From: Takakia lepidozioides
Lineage: Eukaryota; Plantae; Bryophyta
DNA: 64,000 bases
Direction: 5' to 3'
Assembly (NCBI GenBank): GCA_030704615.1
Contig: CM060732.1
Coordinates: 48,298,001 to 48,362,000, forward strand
Below the pieces are notes generated by a model. It saw only the letters and a program-made list of their open reading frames with translations, had not been told where the DNA came from and searched no databases. The first letter of the stretch is position 1; each line of letters opens with the position of its first letter. Below, one piece after another: positions 34,301 through 48,719 of this stretch. A program made the translations under genes and the position numbers.

Positions 34301-37300
34301 TGCCACCGGATCTGGCATGTTGTCGGAGATATGATAAAGGTCAGGATATGGAGAGCTTTGCTGAGAGGCTAACTACAACACCACCTAGTGTAGAACAAGT
34401 GCTGGAGCAAGGTATTGTCACAGATAATGGGGCCGAAGCTCGTAAAACAAGACAAAGAAAGGAGACCTTTCTTTCTGGTTTACGTCTGCTTCGTTGACTT
34501 TCACAAGGCTTTTGATTCGGTTCCTCGCGAACTTCTTTTCCAAAGGCTCCAGAAGGTGGGAGTCCCTCAACACATTCTCTATGCTATTTCCTCCATGTAT
34601 GAGATCGTCACTGGCATGGTCAATATCGCAGGGGAATTCTCAGCTGAGGTCCATAGCAACATTGGGGTCAAACAGGGCTGCCCCTCTCGCCTACCCTATT
34701 CGGAATCTACATTGACGCCTTGGAAGTCTACATCTCAAAAAACCATGGAGTTGGTGTGCCATTGGATGGAGGACCAACACAATCAGATCTCCTCTACGCG
34801 GATGATGTTGCCCCTTTGGCACAATCTCCTATCTTCCTACAACGCCATCTCGACATCTTGGAACAGTTCTCCAATGACTATGGGTTGCAAGTCAACCTTA
34901 CAAAAACCAAGATCATGGTTTTCAATGGGCAGGCCGACCGCAGATTCTTCCTCAACAATCGGGAGGTGGAGATAGTCAAATCCTACCGATATCTGGGGCT
35001 GGTTATCCACTCCCCCAAATTCCACTTTGCAGCCACTGCCCTGGACAGATTGACAAAAGGCAAGGCAGCCTCCATCCGCCTTCAGGCCACATGCAAGCAG
35101 ATACACCTGCGCCACCCACCGACCAAGAAGTGGCTGTTTGATAGCGTAGTCACCGCAAATGCCACTTTTGGTTGTGAATTTTGGGCACCTGCAGTCCCAG
35201 TTTCCTGGTGGGAAAACAATTTGGAACCATTGCAGTCAACTTTCCTCCAAGCAATGCTTGGCGCCAGAGGCACAACTCCATCGCACATATTGAATGCAGA
35301 ATTCGCCTGTGTGCCACTCCAAACTGAGGCCCTCTTCCGGCTTACAATTTTCCTGCATAGGTTACAAGGCCTTCCCCCCAAGGGGCTTGTGGCCAGGGCC
35401 CTCACAACATCTATGAGACTCAAAAATGCAGGCTTCAAACAATCCTGGTATGCCCGTGTGGATACCTTTTTGAACGCCATGGACTCTCTATAGCTTCACT
35501 TTTGCCAGTGAACCCAGAAGAGGTGGAAATCACATCCAGACATGACCGCAACCAACTCATTAGAAAGGAGCTCATGGAGTTACATGTCAGGAGAACTTGG
35601 AAGTTACCCAACCTCACAACTCTCCTGAGGGCTTTGGGGCGGTTCAGGGTGGGCTCCCACAACCTACGGATAGAGACTGGCAGATGGGAAAACCTGCAGC
35701 GGGAGGACCGCCTATGTCCTGCTTGCACAGGGCGCAACCAGGAAATTGAAACTGAAGAACACTTCTTCTTCTATTGCCCCCTATACTATGAGATCTGTGG
35801 GAGATTCCATTGTCTATTCCATGGAACCCAATCTCTCACTGAAGTCTTCCACTATGAGGATCAGAAATGTTTGGCAGCCTACCTGCACAAGGCATTCACC
35901 CTTAGACAATCGCTAGAACATTAATTGTCGTTTCTGGATTTGTTCCTCTCTCATGTTTTCTTCCATTTTGTCCCATAAGCTCTACGAGCTTTCCGCGGAC
36001 GTTATAAAGCACCATTTCATTTCATTTCTCATGTTCTTCCTTCCATTTTGTCCCTTAAGCTCTATGAGCTTTCCGCGGACGTTATAAAGCACCATTTCAT
36101 TTCATTTCATTTCTTCAGGATGGGACCTTACAACCAAGAATAGCTGTCAACCAAGCTGTCAATTTTCATAGCAAGACCATGTCTATCCTGAATGCATGAG
36201 ATGGTACTGTTTAGGTAGGTTACACATTATTGTGTCTACACTCTTATAAGGCAAGCATCCCTCTACAGAAGAAGCTATTATTTTGATAGTGGAAGGTACA
36301 GTGTAGGTAGGTTACACAGTATACAATCTAGTGCTGATATGGGAAGTATGTCTAATAATGAAAGCGAGTACCTTATAAGGAAAGCATCTGTCTCCCAGGA
36401 CTGCACCAAGCCATCTTGCATGCCATTTCCATAATCAAAGTGGCACACCAAATCGACCCCAGTACGATTCTCTACCTGCATTATACACCAGCTATTAAAA
36501 TATATCATGCAAGAGAATTTAATGACACTTGCCAGCCAGCTGCATCGTAACCAGGCTCAATGTACACCATCTAACAGCCACAACAAGACTTGAGTATCAT
36601 CTGACCTGGCAACGATTGGAAAGCACAGGAGAATGCCGTAGTGTGTAAGGGCCAGCAAGTTCAAGCGCTCCTATCAAAAACAGGCACGTGTCCAAAGAAG
36701 GCTCACTGAAAACCACATCCACCTGTAGTATCCACAGAATGTTGCTAAGTATGTCAGAGAGCTGGAGTGTATCTCAACTTTATTCAGGTGTTACAAGAAG
36801 TTTTGAAGCAATGGTGAATTTGGGGTCTGGCTCTCTTCATCTAATTAGTATTTGAAACAATATGTGAAGTCTTATTTTATACATAATTTGACAGATACAT
36901 TACTCAAATTAAGAGGAAAAGGAAAAAGAGAGAAGGCATAGAAAAGTCTACCAGTAATTGTTAATGAACCCTTTCAGCAGAAAGTCCACTAGAATATCAG
37001 TATTGAAAGCTAAGCAAAACTTGCCAGTTTTCACATGATGATAAGATAAGTAGCTTGGACCACTAAATCAAGGGCTGTGCATATAAGGTGCTTTTAAGAG
37101 AATTGGTGAACCTTCTTCAGTCGAGAGAAGACAGCAGTTGGTGTTTTTCCACTCATACTTGCTGACCCACCACCATTGATGGTCCGAGCACGAAATATTA
37201 GATCTGTCTCAACTGGATTAATGATTGCCACCCTGCCACACAATTGACTACTTTTAAAAACCGAGACCACCAACACAGGCTAGACAGTTAGATCTTCACA

Positions 37301-40300
37301 AAATAGCAATGAGGTCGTTGTTTTAGAAAGTTACTAAGGTGAGCTCCCATTGTGAAGAAAACCAGCATGTCAGCAAAATGTGGTCCCCAAACACACAGAA
37401 GCAAACAGTATTCTACATTACTATTACTTCCCAATGGGACAAAAATAAATGGTTCTGCAGTTGTACAAGCTTCACCTTATTGAGGCCTGATACTGGTTCA
37501 GTCATATTGCTTTCATGAGCAGAATGTTTCAAAATGAGTCCATGGCAAACAAATGGTGCAAAAACCATGAGACTTACTTACCATCGACTACTCTGTGCTT
37601 CAAAGTAGTCCAAAGATATGTTGCAGCCACTCATGAACCTCGTCTTTCGTGATCCCACCTGTACCAGAGCTCCCATTTCTTGCATGCGTAGCCGTAGCAA
37701 GGGCTGCAAATAAATACCCCCAGCTGCTTCATGCAACAGTGTGACAGTTACATTTTGAATGGAACACTTCACATGAGGAACAGAAGTGGCCATAACTGCT
37801 TGTTCCTCATCCACTTGTAAACGTCCTGCCCCTTTGCTGGTGGAACTCCTAACTGATGATGACTCGTGAGGTGGGCTCCCCCTCATCTTATCTGGCTGTG
37901 CCAGAACTTTAACTTTGAACGGATTGCCAGGCTGCTTAACCAGCACAGGGACACCATCAATGAGAGCCAACCCACTCTTACTTTTTTGATTCACCAAGTG
38001 AATCATGTGTTTGGATGTATGTATCTCCAGCTCCTCACTGCCTTCATCTGCAGAGGATTTGCTGGGCACACATTTCCAAAGTTCCCATGACTTGTCATTG
38101 ATAGTTGCAATCTCAGCTAAGCCAGAGCCAGGGTGATAGTTCACTCGAAATGGCTCCCCACTGCTGTTTTTTGCATGAAGCGACAGTAATGAGAACCACA
38201 CAGTATTACCAGTTGAGTGGTTGCTCTGATGCTTTACCTGCAAACAATTTTTCATTTGACAGGTCATTGAACTGCCTCATGCTCGTGACTCATGTAGCAG
38301 AGGGTTCATATAGTTCAGGGCACTTTAATTTTGAAGCTCCACATTTACCCCCTCTATGACACGAAGGAGCGGTTCATGATTCAAGAAAGAGCTGGAAGTT
38401 CCTTCCTTAGTTTCAAAAGGATGTCCTCAACTCCATGTTTACATGAACAAATTATAGACGTGACGGGAGTTCTGTAGCCTTTTATAACGCACTTAATAGG
38501 AATGAACTGAAAAGCTTCAGTAACACACATAAGTAGCATCGTTTGGAAATAATTTAATCTGATGCTACTTATGTCTGGAAGACACTGGGCCGGTGTTGAC
38601 CAGCACATCCCCAAAACGAAGTCTAAAACAATAAGGTGGGGGGTAAACTTCATTGTCTACACACTTTCGGGGATCAATCCTCAACATACCAACGTCCACA
38701 GTTGCATACATGATAATTGTGCTTTGAAAATCTGGAACATAGGAGTCAATCTACTTGGGCATTTCTTCCTCATCTACAAGAAGCTTGTGGTCGCTGGTTA
38801 TGGGGTTGTCCCAAAAGCTCTTCAAGCTTTCCCTGGATGTTATAAAGTCCCTTTCGTTTGTCTTTTCTTTTCTTTTTTCCACTCGTCTTTCTTTCCATCT
38901 CTTTGCAGATTCCAGTTGAGCAAAAGTAATGCAGCCAACCAAAAGCTGCACACCTATGAATCTCAGACATGTCAGGCTTGAGAAGACCTACAGTAACCTG
39001 GCCCAAAGTAAGAATGAAAAACTCCAGGAGTTTCTGAAGCAAACTGAGAAAGCCATTTGACATATGACCTTCTTCCAATAAAACATAGTGTGTCCAAACC
39101 ACTGCTAGAATACCTTGAAGAGGGCCCTGTCTCCAACAAGCGTATAATGTAAGACAGCCACTAAGTGAAACTGGCCCTGAATTGAAGTACTTTCCTCAAC
39201 AGCCAAGTATAAATGCTCCCGCACATCTTTGATGGCTATAATGGCTCCTGCAACCATTTGAGCAAGTGTTATGGATATGCATAAGTGAGGAGCAGCTGCT
39301 TCATCTAAAATACCTGCCAAGAACTATTCAATGACCAGTAAATGGAGAGCACCTTACCATCAGGTATATCACATGGTGAGCAAGGGGCTCCTGCTTCTAT
39401 TTCCCTGGCCTGATTTGTTCTTGAATACTCCCATGTTCTTGCCTCTGATGGGCCTGATAACCCCAGCAATGGAGCCACTATGGCATGCAGTAGCTACAAA
39501 GGCAACAAAAAGCAAGTAGCCCTGTTACTGAGCACACTCAATTCACAAGGGAACATAATTTACTATTCGAAGATGTGCAATACCAATGCTGCAGTGTGTT
39601 AGCTGGAGTTTAACACATCTATCGACCACTTCATACAAGGTCTCTTATGAAGCTACAGTTGCAAAGACATCCTCCAAATTTCCAAGACACACATAATGAA
39701 GGCCATAGGTCATTTTCAAGGCCAAGTACCTGGTTGAGTTTAGGACCCGCACAAACGAATCCAGCAGTGAGACAGCTTCCAAGGAAAAGTAGAAGAAAGT
39801 CAGTCAGATGGTATGGTTGGTACAGAGGATTAGTACCTGGACCTCAGAAGTGGTGATTGCTAAGTCCAGCCCAGCAACAGAACACTGACCCTGCCAGGCA
39901 TTGCTCCACTTCCAAGCTCGAAGCATGTCTTCAGAAGGACCCCTCTCAACCTCACATGTAATTGACAACCGTTCCATCATGTACGCATTTAAGTCTATCA
40001 CTGGTGCCCAAGAACCATCGGTTTTAATTGAAGTACTGTTCACAGCAATCTCTACTTCTGCTACATCTTGTGACTCAACAGCGAGATCAGAAGTGGGCTC
40101 TTCCTCTGGCACAACCGAAGAATGTGCTCCAAATTGCTCTGAAGGTCCACTGTGATCACCTGCTGGCGCTGCAGAGAAATTGCGGCCAAACCGAGGGGTC
40201 CTATTGGGTTTCCTGTGACTTGATTGCATATCACCACTTCCACGTGCTTGTAGCCCAAGTACACTGCAGCGCGTCAGACCTACTGAGGCCCTGGATACCT

Positions 40301-43300
40301 TACCATTGATCTCGCAGTTCAAATTTCCGTCCATCTCCAAAAGCATCCCTTCTGCAGGTAGGTCAAAACACACAGTATAGTAGCATCAGGAAAGGGCCTA
40401 TACGATCTCAAAATGTTAGTCAAAGGACTCAACAAGGGTTCTCACAGAGAGAATGGGAAGGTTCCACATGCACCCACCTAACTACATGGCATTGTGTGGT
40501 GTCGACAGGCGCTCAAGTCTCAGACAGTTGTACTTCCTTTCATGTTATGTTTAAGGTTCATCCTCTTTCAATGCAAACTGAAATACGAGATTGTAGAAAT
40601 GGTGTGTTTTGAAAAGAATGCTACCTGCAGCTGAAGAACTACGGTGGGCTAGAACCAGAGAGAGCCCACCAATTTTGGAGGCAATTATGCTTTCAAAAGC
40701 TGATGCCAGAGGCCTTGAAGCCATGCTCGATGCCGATGCTTGAAGTCTACGAGGAGCTGAAGAAAGACGCCTGATCTTTTTGGACCTCTTCGTTAATGCC
40801 CACGGGGGAAGTGACACTGATCGTTGAGTGCTACGCAACAAAGGGTTCGGCAAACCCTCCTCTTTCACACTTGGCCATTGTGATCCAACCCTGCTCTGCT
40901 GATCGATGGGAGGAGAGGCTGCAACTTCAGCGAGAAGTTTCACGTGAAGGCCCAGAAACTCTACTAGGGTACGTAGTGCGGCTGTTTGAACGACCACCAA
41001 ACCACCCTGATAGGAAGAAAATAAACATTTTTAAGAAGCCGACAGAAAATTCTTCAGTGGAACAGAACAAGAGCCAATATCTGCTTTGTAAGTACACTTA
41101 GTCATCAGAAACCATTATTCCCATGGAACAAAGTAGAAAACTTGAGCACACTATATCCATGGAATCATGACCAGCATCAAAGGGCATAATCCCAGGCCTT
41201 TCCAACACTACTTATGAGGAAAATGCATGCTTGCCATGAGTTAGGATTTACGTCTTCTACCTACAAGGTTCACAAGAGAATGAATGGACAGAAAGCACAA
41301 TGTGTGGAAGATGAAATCATCTGAAAACTTGCCTCGACGTCAAATGTGATAGTTTTGAAGTCTTTGTCGACACTCAAATTCATGTGGAAAACATCACCAC
41401 CAGATGCTAGGAGCATAACCTTGGTCACTAGGGCTTCCAATTGACCATCAGTTACCAAAACCCTCCCAACGTCCGCCGTTGCATTCAGCCAGTGCTTGTT
41501 AGTTCTCCTCAACCCTCCCTCACTCTCTTCCTTTGAAAAATTTAGCAAATCCTGTTCTTGTCGTAGCGATGACAGGTTACCTACTGACGTTGATCGACCA
41601 AGTGATGGAGTTACTGGCTCAGCATCAATAAGTGCAGACAAGTCACCAGTTGATGCATGTGACATCAGTGGGGCTCTTGGCAATCTTTTTGATTGCAAAA
41701 GAAGGTTCTCATCAGCGGTAGTTGTCAAACTGCCGCTTTGATAATGCTTTGGATTCATCGTGTCTGTGTCTGCATTTGTACCCAACAATTCGCTCCCGAA
41801 AAGGGCACCCTCCTCAGAAGAGGTACCCTCCACCATCACCTTAGGTCCACAAACTTTAAGCGAGCAATGATCAATGGAAAAGAGGGTCACCGTTGTTGAA
41901 TCCGCAAACATTTCAGAAACACGAACTGTACTGGCTGACCTATTGTGATCAGAAGGATTCTGCTGGATAGTTCCCTGCCGTCCCTTGGTTCTCCCCCGCC
42001 TTCCAGTAACAACACATAGTTGTGCCCCTGCAATTACAAAAGACAAAGAAGCTTCCCATCCATCTCCCATAAAAAGTTGCAGTGAAGAGACCTGTGTCAC
42101 AAGGTATGCCCCCTTTCCCTTGCCTGAACCAAGGGTCTTACTGCTACTTGTTGCTGATCCCCTAGTGTCTGTGCCAGCCACCTTGCCCAAATCTGGTCGC
42201 AGTGTAGGCCCCTGTTTGCAGATGGCTGCATTCTGTCTTCCACTTGTGTGTTCTTCATGGCTGCAAGTACTGTCTGTCTCTCGCTTTTCACCCACAGCGA
42301 CTTGAAAGCTTTCCAGCTGAAAGTTCAAGCATACAACAAACAACGTATCCAAGAGCTTTCTTGAGGTGCCCCCAGTCATCTCCATCTCTGAAGCTGTCCC
42401 AATACTTTTGCCATCTGTTGAAGAGACATCCTCACTGTCTGAAATGTTCATTGACTGAGAAACTCTTGAAGCAGGCTGTGTTCCACCTCCATCCATGCTT
42501 CTGCGCAGTGGGACTGGAGCTTCCATAATAACCTTCTTGTAGCAACCCAAAATCTGTATATACCCCCTAGAATGTCAAGTTACATGAATCAAAGCTTATG
42601 TACAGAGCTTGTAACCAGATAAATCAGAGAGCCCGAAGTTTGGTACAAAATTAATTCATTGCCAAGTCCACCACATAAGCCCTAGACCTTCATCATCAGG
42701 ATCTGGCATCTACAGAGTGAAACTTTCAGCTGCCACAGCTAACCCGACAGGGAAGAAGCATTGAATGAGTAGAAGAGAACATGAGTCGAGCATTTTGAAT
42801 GTATTCTTTGACCAATCAACAGACTTTGAACAAGGAGGGGCCATGCAATAGAGACCTCAAACACTGCTGCCAGTTCGTCAAGATACAGGTGGACAGTCAC
42901 TGCTGCCAATCTTGCATTGACAGCCACCGAAACTGACTTGATTGGCTCCATTGGTATGCAGAATTCATCTCTGCAGCAAAGCAACATTCATCAAAGAGGG
43001 GACTGGCATTAATGCACCTTCACCAATCCAGGATTACGACCAGAGCACATACTACCCGATGACTTGAAGTTAAACTTTCCAGACTGAGTCACATTTAGCA
43101 AACTTCTCTCTGAAGAAGAACAAGATCCAGGGCAAGACCATGAAAGAGAACACCGAGGTGGAAAACTACAAAGGAAAACAGATGTTTGATGATTGTCACC
43201 TTTGTGACCTAGAGCGCTATTCCTTCCATATGCAGGCAAAGAAAACAAGCCATTGTCGAGAATTTGGGTCATTTCTCACAGAAAATCATGAGAGGAAGGA

Positions 43301-46300
43301 CCTGCAGAATGATGATTCGGTTACAAATGTCAATGGTCCAACTAGGGGAACCTTTGCATGGTTCTGTGCTTCCATCTGGAGCAGTACCATTGAATCTTCA
43401 ACAGCAAAATACAAGTTGTTGCCAATCTGCTCATGCTCAGCCCCAGCTAACTCCACCGGCAGATGAGGCGAGGGAGGCGTCTTCAGCCAAAACTTTCTCT
43501 CCACACTTGCGCTCCACCACCTTGTTGACTGGTCATCGTCATTTGAAGATCCAGGCTCTCCTTCAGATACTTTGCTCTTCAGTACAGCAGGCCACATTGC
43601 CACTTGAAAGCATCCAAGATCAACCACTACAGATGATCGAGACGGCCAATGTGACTCTGCTTCACCATCTGCACTTTTCTCTCCCGCTAAGGAACTTTGG
43701 TGGTGGTCATTCCCAAGTGGCTCAATTGCAAATGTGATTTTGGGACTTTCAACTACCACTGAGAGCTCTACTGGCATTTTTGGGACAGCAGCCACAATAA
43801 CTCGTCTGCAATAACCAGCCCATCTGGTCCACATTGCATCAAGTGACACATCAGATTTTAAGACGCTGCTTGACACAGAGACCGGGGTATCCCCACTGCA
43901 AGTACGCACTCCAACAGTTGAGAGCTGTCCGAACAGAGAGACTATGCGGTCACTAAAGGAACAACCAACGAAGCAGTCTACTTGGCCCATCCCCAAGGCA
44001 CAACTAATCAGGCTCCCAAAGGCCCCCCCTCTCCCAGTAACTTCTTGAGCACTTGTAAGTTCGACAATTAAAAATGGCCTTGACTGACCATCATGTGTTG
44101 TGCCCATGCTCGTCAGCAAGGGGGTCCCAGTACCAGCACTATTAACATGTGCAAAATCCAATCCATCAGGGATCTGCCATTCCCAGCTCCTCCACACACG
44201 GGCCTCGTGATCTTGCCATTTCCAATGCTTTTCAAATGTAGCAACAGCCTTAGGCACCTCTGTGATGTCTGGCAACAGCCTGAGCCTCTTGTCTGCAGTC
44301 AACCTCTCAGCACACGGATAACTACGAATCAAATACACAATATCAACTGCTCTTGCTGGCCATCTTCCATGGTACACAATCTCATGGTTGACTGCTTGTC
44401 GAAGCTCTTGAACAGGAAGGACAGACAGCAGCTGTAGCTGCAGGCTGCCACAGACAAGACTCACGCCAATTGTCTGGTCCTTACCATAATCCAATGAGAC
44501 CCTGTCCAATATCATATGTAGAGCTGGCTGGAATAATGGTGCTACTTCCTCATCCAATAGAGGAGTAGAAGCATACAACTTGTCAGGAATGACCCCAACA
44601 TCTGCAGCACATGCCAGAGTAAATGAAACCCTGCTGATGTGAACTAAATACGTTGACACCCATCTTGGGGTGTGCCTTCCAAAGGCATCCTCTGTACGTA
44701 GGTCATTAATTTCACTTCCTAGTTCTTGTGCAGCTCCAGTTTGAATGTCTGCACCATCTACAAGTTCAGATAAATCTGCTTTATTCCTGGAAGAGGTAGA
44801 TGCAGCATATGCAGTGTCCATGAGCAGTTTCCATGCTTCTTTGATCAATCTGGGTGCAGCAATTACTGACTTCAAGCCATGTATAACCTTATGCTCAGAA
44901 TAACTTGCAACTTGTATACAGGTTCTTATCCAAAGTCTCCAGGCCAGAATCCCAAACAGACCCTGGGCTGGAACACGGACTGAGTCAACTTTTGATACTG
45001 CCCCCGAGCTTGCTGAGGTCGATGCTCTCAATTCTGTTGCAGATGTATGAAAAGCTCCAAATAGGCTATCAGACCAAGCTGCATCATCTGATGCATTTTG
45101 TGTTTCTTGTCTCTTATATTTGCATTTTTCCTGCTCCTGAATATCCTCTGTGCACCTACCACTTAAGCCCACGGCAACTGTACTTTCAGGCCTGTTGGTG
45201 GTGCCTTGCAACTGGGCAAGTAGCAACAGTAGGGCATCCACTTCTCGTGTATCTAACCCAACTACTACTTCAGGAACATCAACTGCCACACCTTCAAATA
45301 TCATCCCCTGAAATTTTATAGCTACAGATGCAACTTCAAACAGCACCATCTGGTCTCTCTTGTCTGCCAGAACAAGTTTAGATGGAAGTGGTTCCTTTTC
45401 CTTTGCCTGTACAGAACGTTGAGATTCTTTGTCTGCAGATCCAGATTCATCTGACGGGTCACTCCGTGCTGAAAATTCGTTTGGGCCATCAGTCCTCTCA
45501 GCTGACTGAGCAAGATCCTGGCCTTGGCCTGAAGACTCCAATTGCAACCCCAGGCCTTGTATGGCCCAGCGCTTTGTCACAGTACCACCATTCTGCTTCC
45601 AAGAGTCAAGAACTGCTTTAACAGCAGTCCCAAGCAGGCCACCTGAGCCACCAGCACCATCACTGTCTCCTTCTTCAAGGATGAGATTTTTTAGAGATAG
45701 TGAGCAACAATGAGTTCCCCACTTTGGGGAGAAGGACAGCAATTTGACTGAGCAATTTTGCAGCTCAAGCCTGATAGAAGAAAGTGCAAAACTTGCCAAA
45801 ACCTTCGCAAAGAAATTGTTTGAAGAACCGCCTCTGCCTGCCTTCTCCGCTGCACTCTGAGCAATACCTCCCTGTTGCCCACGCCAGTTGAAGAAAACCA
45901 CTCTACTTATAAAGCTATCCTAGCCAGAAATTGTGTAGAGCAGGTTTCGTCAATCTTATCACTGGAACAATTCTCTCAAAGAGGAACCATAATCTTCCTT
46001 CAAAATATGAATACTTACCTGAAACGGTCTACAAAACCTGCAGCATCAAGAAGACCAGTTTGACGCAAACTGAATTTATATTGGCAGATAGCCAATTAAA
46101 TTTGGTTTCCTGCACATGTTAATGGCAAGGACGTTTATGCGAAGGTTGAGAGCCCCAATTGAGCACCACATCCAAGGGATCAAGCTCGAGCTTCCACCAT
46201 AGTCACAGGACTCAAAAGCCCCGAGTATAAGGGTGTACAATCATAAACCTGTGAGTCAGGAGCGGAGGGCGCAGGAATCTGCTCTTGCTCCTTGGCAATT

Positions 46301-46818
46301 TGTCTCTTTGTTTCCCACCAGCTGTCTTCTGCAGGCCTAACGAGCAAGCATCATTGTCCTGGTGTCACTTTTAAAACCTTCAGCGTCAGAAAAGATCGCA
46401 ATCACTTCTTGCAGTATTACAAAAATTGCAAGCATTCCGGGGAGAGCACATCAAAAACTTGGAGAATAAGTACCCCCGACCAAAATTCTACACAGCCTCC
46501 AATCCTCCATAAACTGAAGAAGGAAAACGAAGAAGACCTGGGATGCAGCACAATATGCATGCCATGCACAAGCAGTGTAAGCACAGGGGCCCCAATTGGC
46601 GCCAGCCTGACCTCCACTTCCTCCACATTGACAGCATGCAGCAGTACTGGGCTTCCGGCCATGGCCATCCGATTAAGATTTTCAACATCCAGGATCAGGT
46701 GACGGAGCTGCAATTTCAAAACCGCTCCGGACAGCAACACCTCTACCTCTGCCTTCTGCACAAGCCACTGCATGAGCTTCTCTGACACTGCTCGTTCAAT
46801 CCTCTCTCGCAAACCCAT
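22333..46818 (-). CDS. VPS13: VPS13-family lipid-transfer protein, plant VPS13X (At3g50380)-like, about 30 exons
   Basis: N-terminal exon MGLRERIERAV..; large exons at ~45921-43310, 42550-41333, 40355-39835 and 38240-37580; SHR-binding/VAB-like motifs (VHLVPRYVVVNKS, PYRIEN); C-terminal exons (YYERFEIHPIK, SSLDVFFDPS, VSGFRRGIL, AYLDGRLCRHIPNTLIRRIVSGFLLSFVE*). The exons checked by hand splice in frame. Confidence 0.9.
24140..24710 (-). repeat. Cluster of about five stacked short LINE 3'-tail copies, most ending in (CATTT)n
   Basis: Repeated gaaatgaaatggtgctttataacgtccgcggaaagctc matches the reverse complement of the 3' tail of the LINE at 34474-36115. Confidence 0.8.
28290..28355 (+). repeat. 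Isolated LINE 3'-tail copy with (CATTT)n end
   Basis: gcggacgatataaagttccatttcatttcatttcattt is the same motif family as 35990-36115. Confidence 0.7.
28499..28643 (+). mobile_element. 145-bp solo-LTR/TRIM-like insertion carrying a tRNA-derived Pol III promoter
   Basis: TGTTGGA...TCCAACA termini and a 5-bp TSD CCCCA (28494-28498 and 28644-28648). An empty-site copy lies at 28394-28442. Internal A-box TAGCTCAGTGG and B-box GGTTCAATCC are present. Confidence 0.85.
28550..28621 (+). pseudogene. tRNA-like sequence (not a canonical tRNA) inside the mini-LTR
   Basis: D-stem GCTC/GAGC, anticodon stem CCCCA/TGGGG with a 6-nt loop, and T-stem CTAGG/CCTAG with loop TTCAATC. The acceptor stem pairs poorly. 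Confidence 0.7.
34474..36115 (+). mobile_element. 5'-truncated RTE-like LINE in a VPS13 intron (antisense), with duplicated 3' tail
   Basis: RT motifs CFVDFHKAFDSVPR, GVKQGCP, LLYADDV, VNLTKTKIMVF and YRYLG; C-terminal FRVGSHNLRIETGRW..LCPAC..ETEEHFFFYCPLY. The tail unit occurs twice, each copy ending in (CATTT)n. Confidence 0.92.
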
Positions 46819-48719
46819 TGTTCCTGCCCCTTCCCCTTCACCTCCCGGTTGCTGGTGACCTCGGGGTACTTAACAATTCAAGCTGTTTAACACCATCTGT
46901 GTCCTCCATTCGGAAATTGTAGCTTCCAGCTCACCTCCCGAAGAGCACACGCTGTAAAAACAAGAGCAACGCCAACTTCGGATGGATGCAGAAATTCTTG
47001 AAGAGCTTCTCTCCTCGCCACGTAGCTGGCCACGTACCTGTGCACCTTCGCTCTTCACTCCTGAAATAAGCCTAGCCCTTGCAGCGATTTTGTCGCAAGC
47101 GCAATCAATACTACACATGAAAATGCCATTGAGAAAACTGTCCTGGTGCTAGCGACTGCCAGCGGATCTGCAGAAATGTAACATCACATGTTTCGACAAG
47201 AAGAGAGCATGTGATGGTTACGGAAAGGCCCGTTTGCATGGTAGATTCCCGACTGTTGGGTTCCTGCCTAATCAGGTACAGATAGTAATACCCTGCTACA
47301 GAACTTATGATTAGGGAGCGAAGTTTTCATAGCTGATGAGTTCATGTTTCTGTCATAGTTTAGAGAGTGATATAATTTGGGGCAAATTTCGATCTCTCAA
47401 TGCTTTCGCCCAAGGCACCGCTTTCTGCTTGCTGTGAATTGAGGGGAGGTCGCGCAGCATGCATGAGATAAATGGCCAGGTTGTGGGGCTGAAATGGGCA
47501 TCCAGCTTGACAATTCCCTCCCGGAGACTCTTGCAATTGACGGGTACGACGCCTCCCCAGCGTCGAGGGAAACTGATAGTCCTGTAATGCTTTGGATTCC
47601 AGCAGAAAAGCTACAACCAATTTGGTCAAGAAGCGCCCTTTAATGCTTCATACAAGTAGAGGAAGGTGAGTGTAATCTTCCCCTGCGCTCAGAGCCCGGG
47701 GAAGTTCCCAGCAGGTTTTCCCTCGGGTTGATGCATGCCAGTGCACGGTTGATGGGCCAGATAGGTTAGCACTTATTGACCATTCCCTGGGAGCTTAGCC
47801 CCTGACGAACCCTTGGGAGGATAGATATCGATCCTCCAGGAACCAATTGTGGGATTGCTACAACTACAAGCAGGTCACACAGAATTGCGGAGTGACACGG
47901 CATCTGGAGTTACTAAGCACAAGGTCGATTATCAGCAGTGCCGCTCTCTGACGTGATGGCGCTGCCAGTTGTACTATGCTTGCGAAATGGCAAAAATAGA
48001 GAGACAGAGGTCAATTTCTTGGAAACCTACCGTAGCAACCTGACTAAGATTACAGCAATCGGAGGTGCCAACGATTTATGCTTTAATAGTGTGTGCATGC
48101 AGGCCAAGCAAGAAGCATCCACCTTCTTTCGCGACTTCACATCAGATCCAAGAGGGCTGATAGGGTGAGGTTGCCTGTATGGTTACCAGATCCTTTTCAG
48201 TTCCTTGGGTTAAAAGGATGTTGGTTTTCTGAGCCAAACCTGCCGTAGCAGCTTAATTGTTGGAGGAGTAAACCATAGCATTGTAAGCTAGTTTTTTCTG
48301 TAGTTGTGTTCTATTGCTTGAATCAAGGCTTGGAATCTTTGATTGTTGGTAGAGGAGGTGACTTATAGTTGCTGAACTACGCACATATGGTTTTTACAGA
48401 GAGGTGCAAGATCACCAGGCTTCCGACACGAAGTACACAAATGAGGTTCCTTTGGATGGGTTGGTCAAACCCTCCGCATGCGAAAGACCTAGCTTCCATG
48501 ATGCAGGGTCAAGCACAATCGGGTGATCCCTCTATTGTTGATGTATGCGTTGGAATTCCAGGCCGAGAAAATAGCAGGTATTGTGTTTATGACGATCCAT
48601 GTAGTAGTTAAAACCGAGATAACTAAGTTGATGACTTCATCAGTTTTCTGACCCTTTTAATGTGTGAAGAAGCTGGAGATACATTATGTGATTAATGTCA
48701 GAATCTACTCATGAGATGT

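Noticed and set aside
34330-34474. VPS13 exon disrupted by the LINE
   Set aside because: The reconstructed frame hits a stop, and the flanking exons (ending 36372, starting ~33842) join in frame, so the LINE is intronic.
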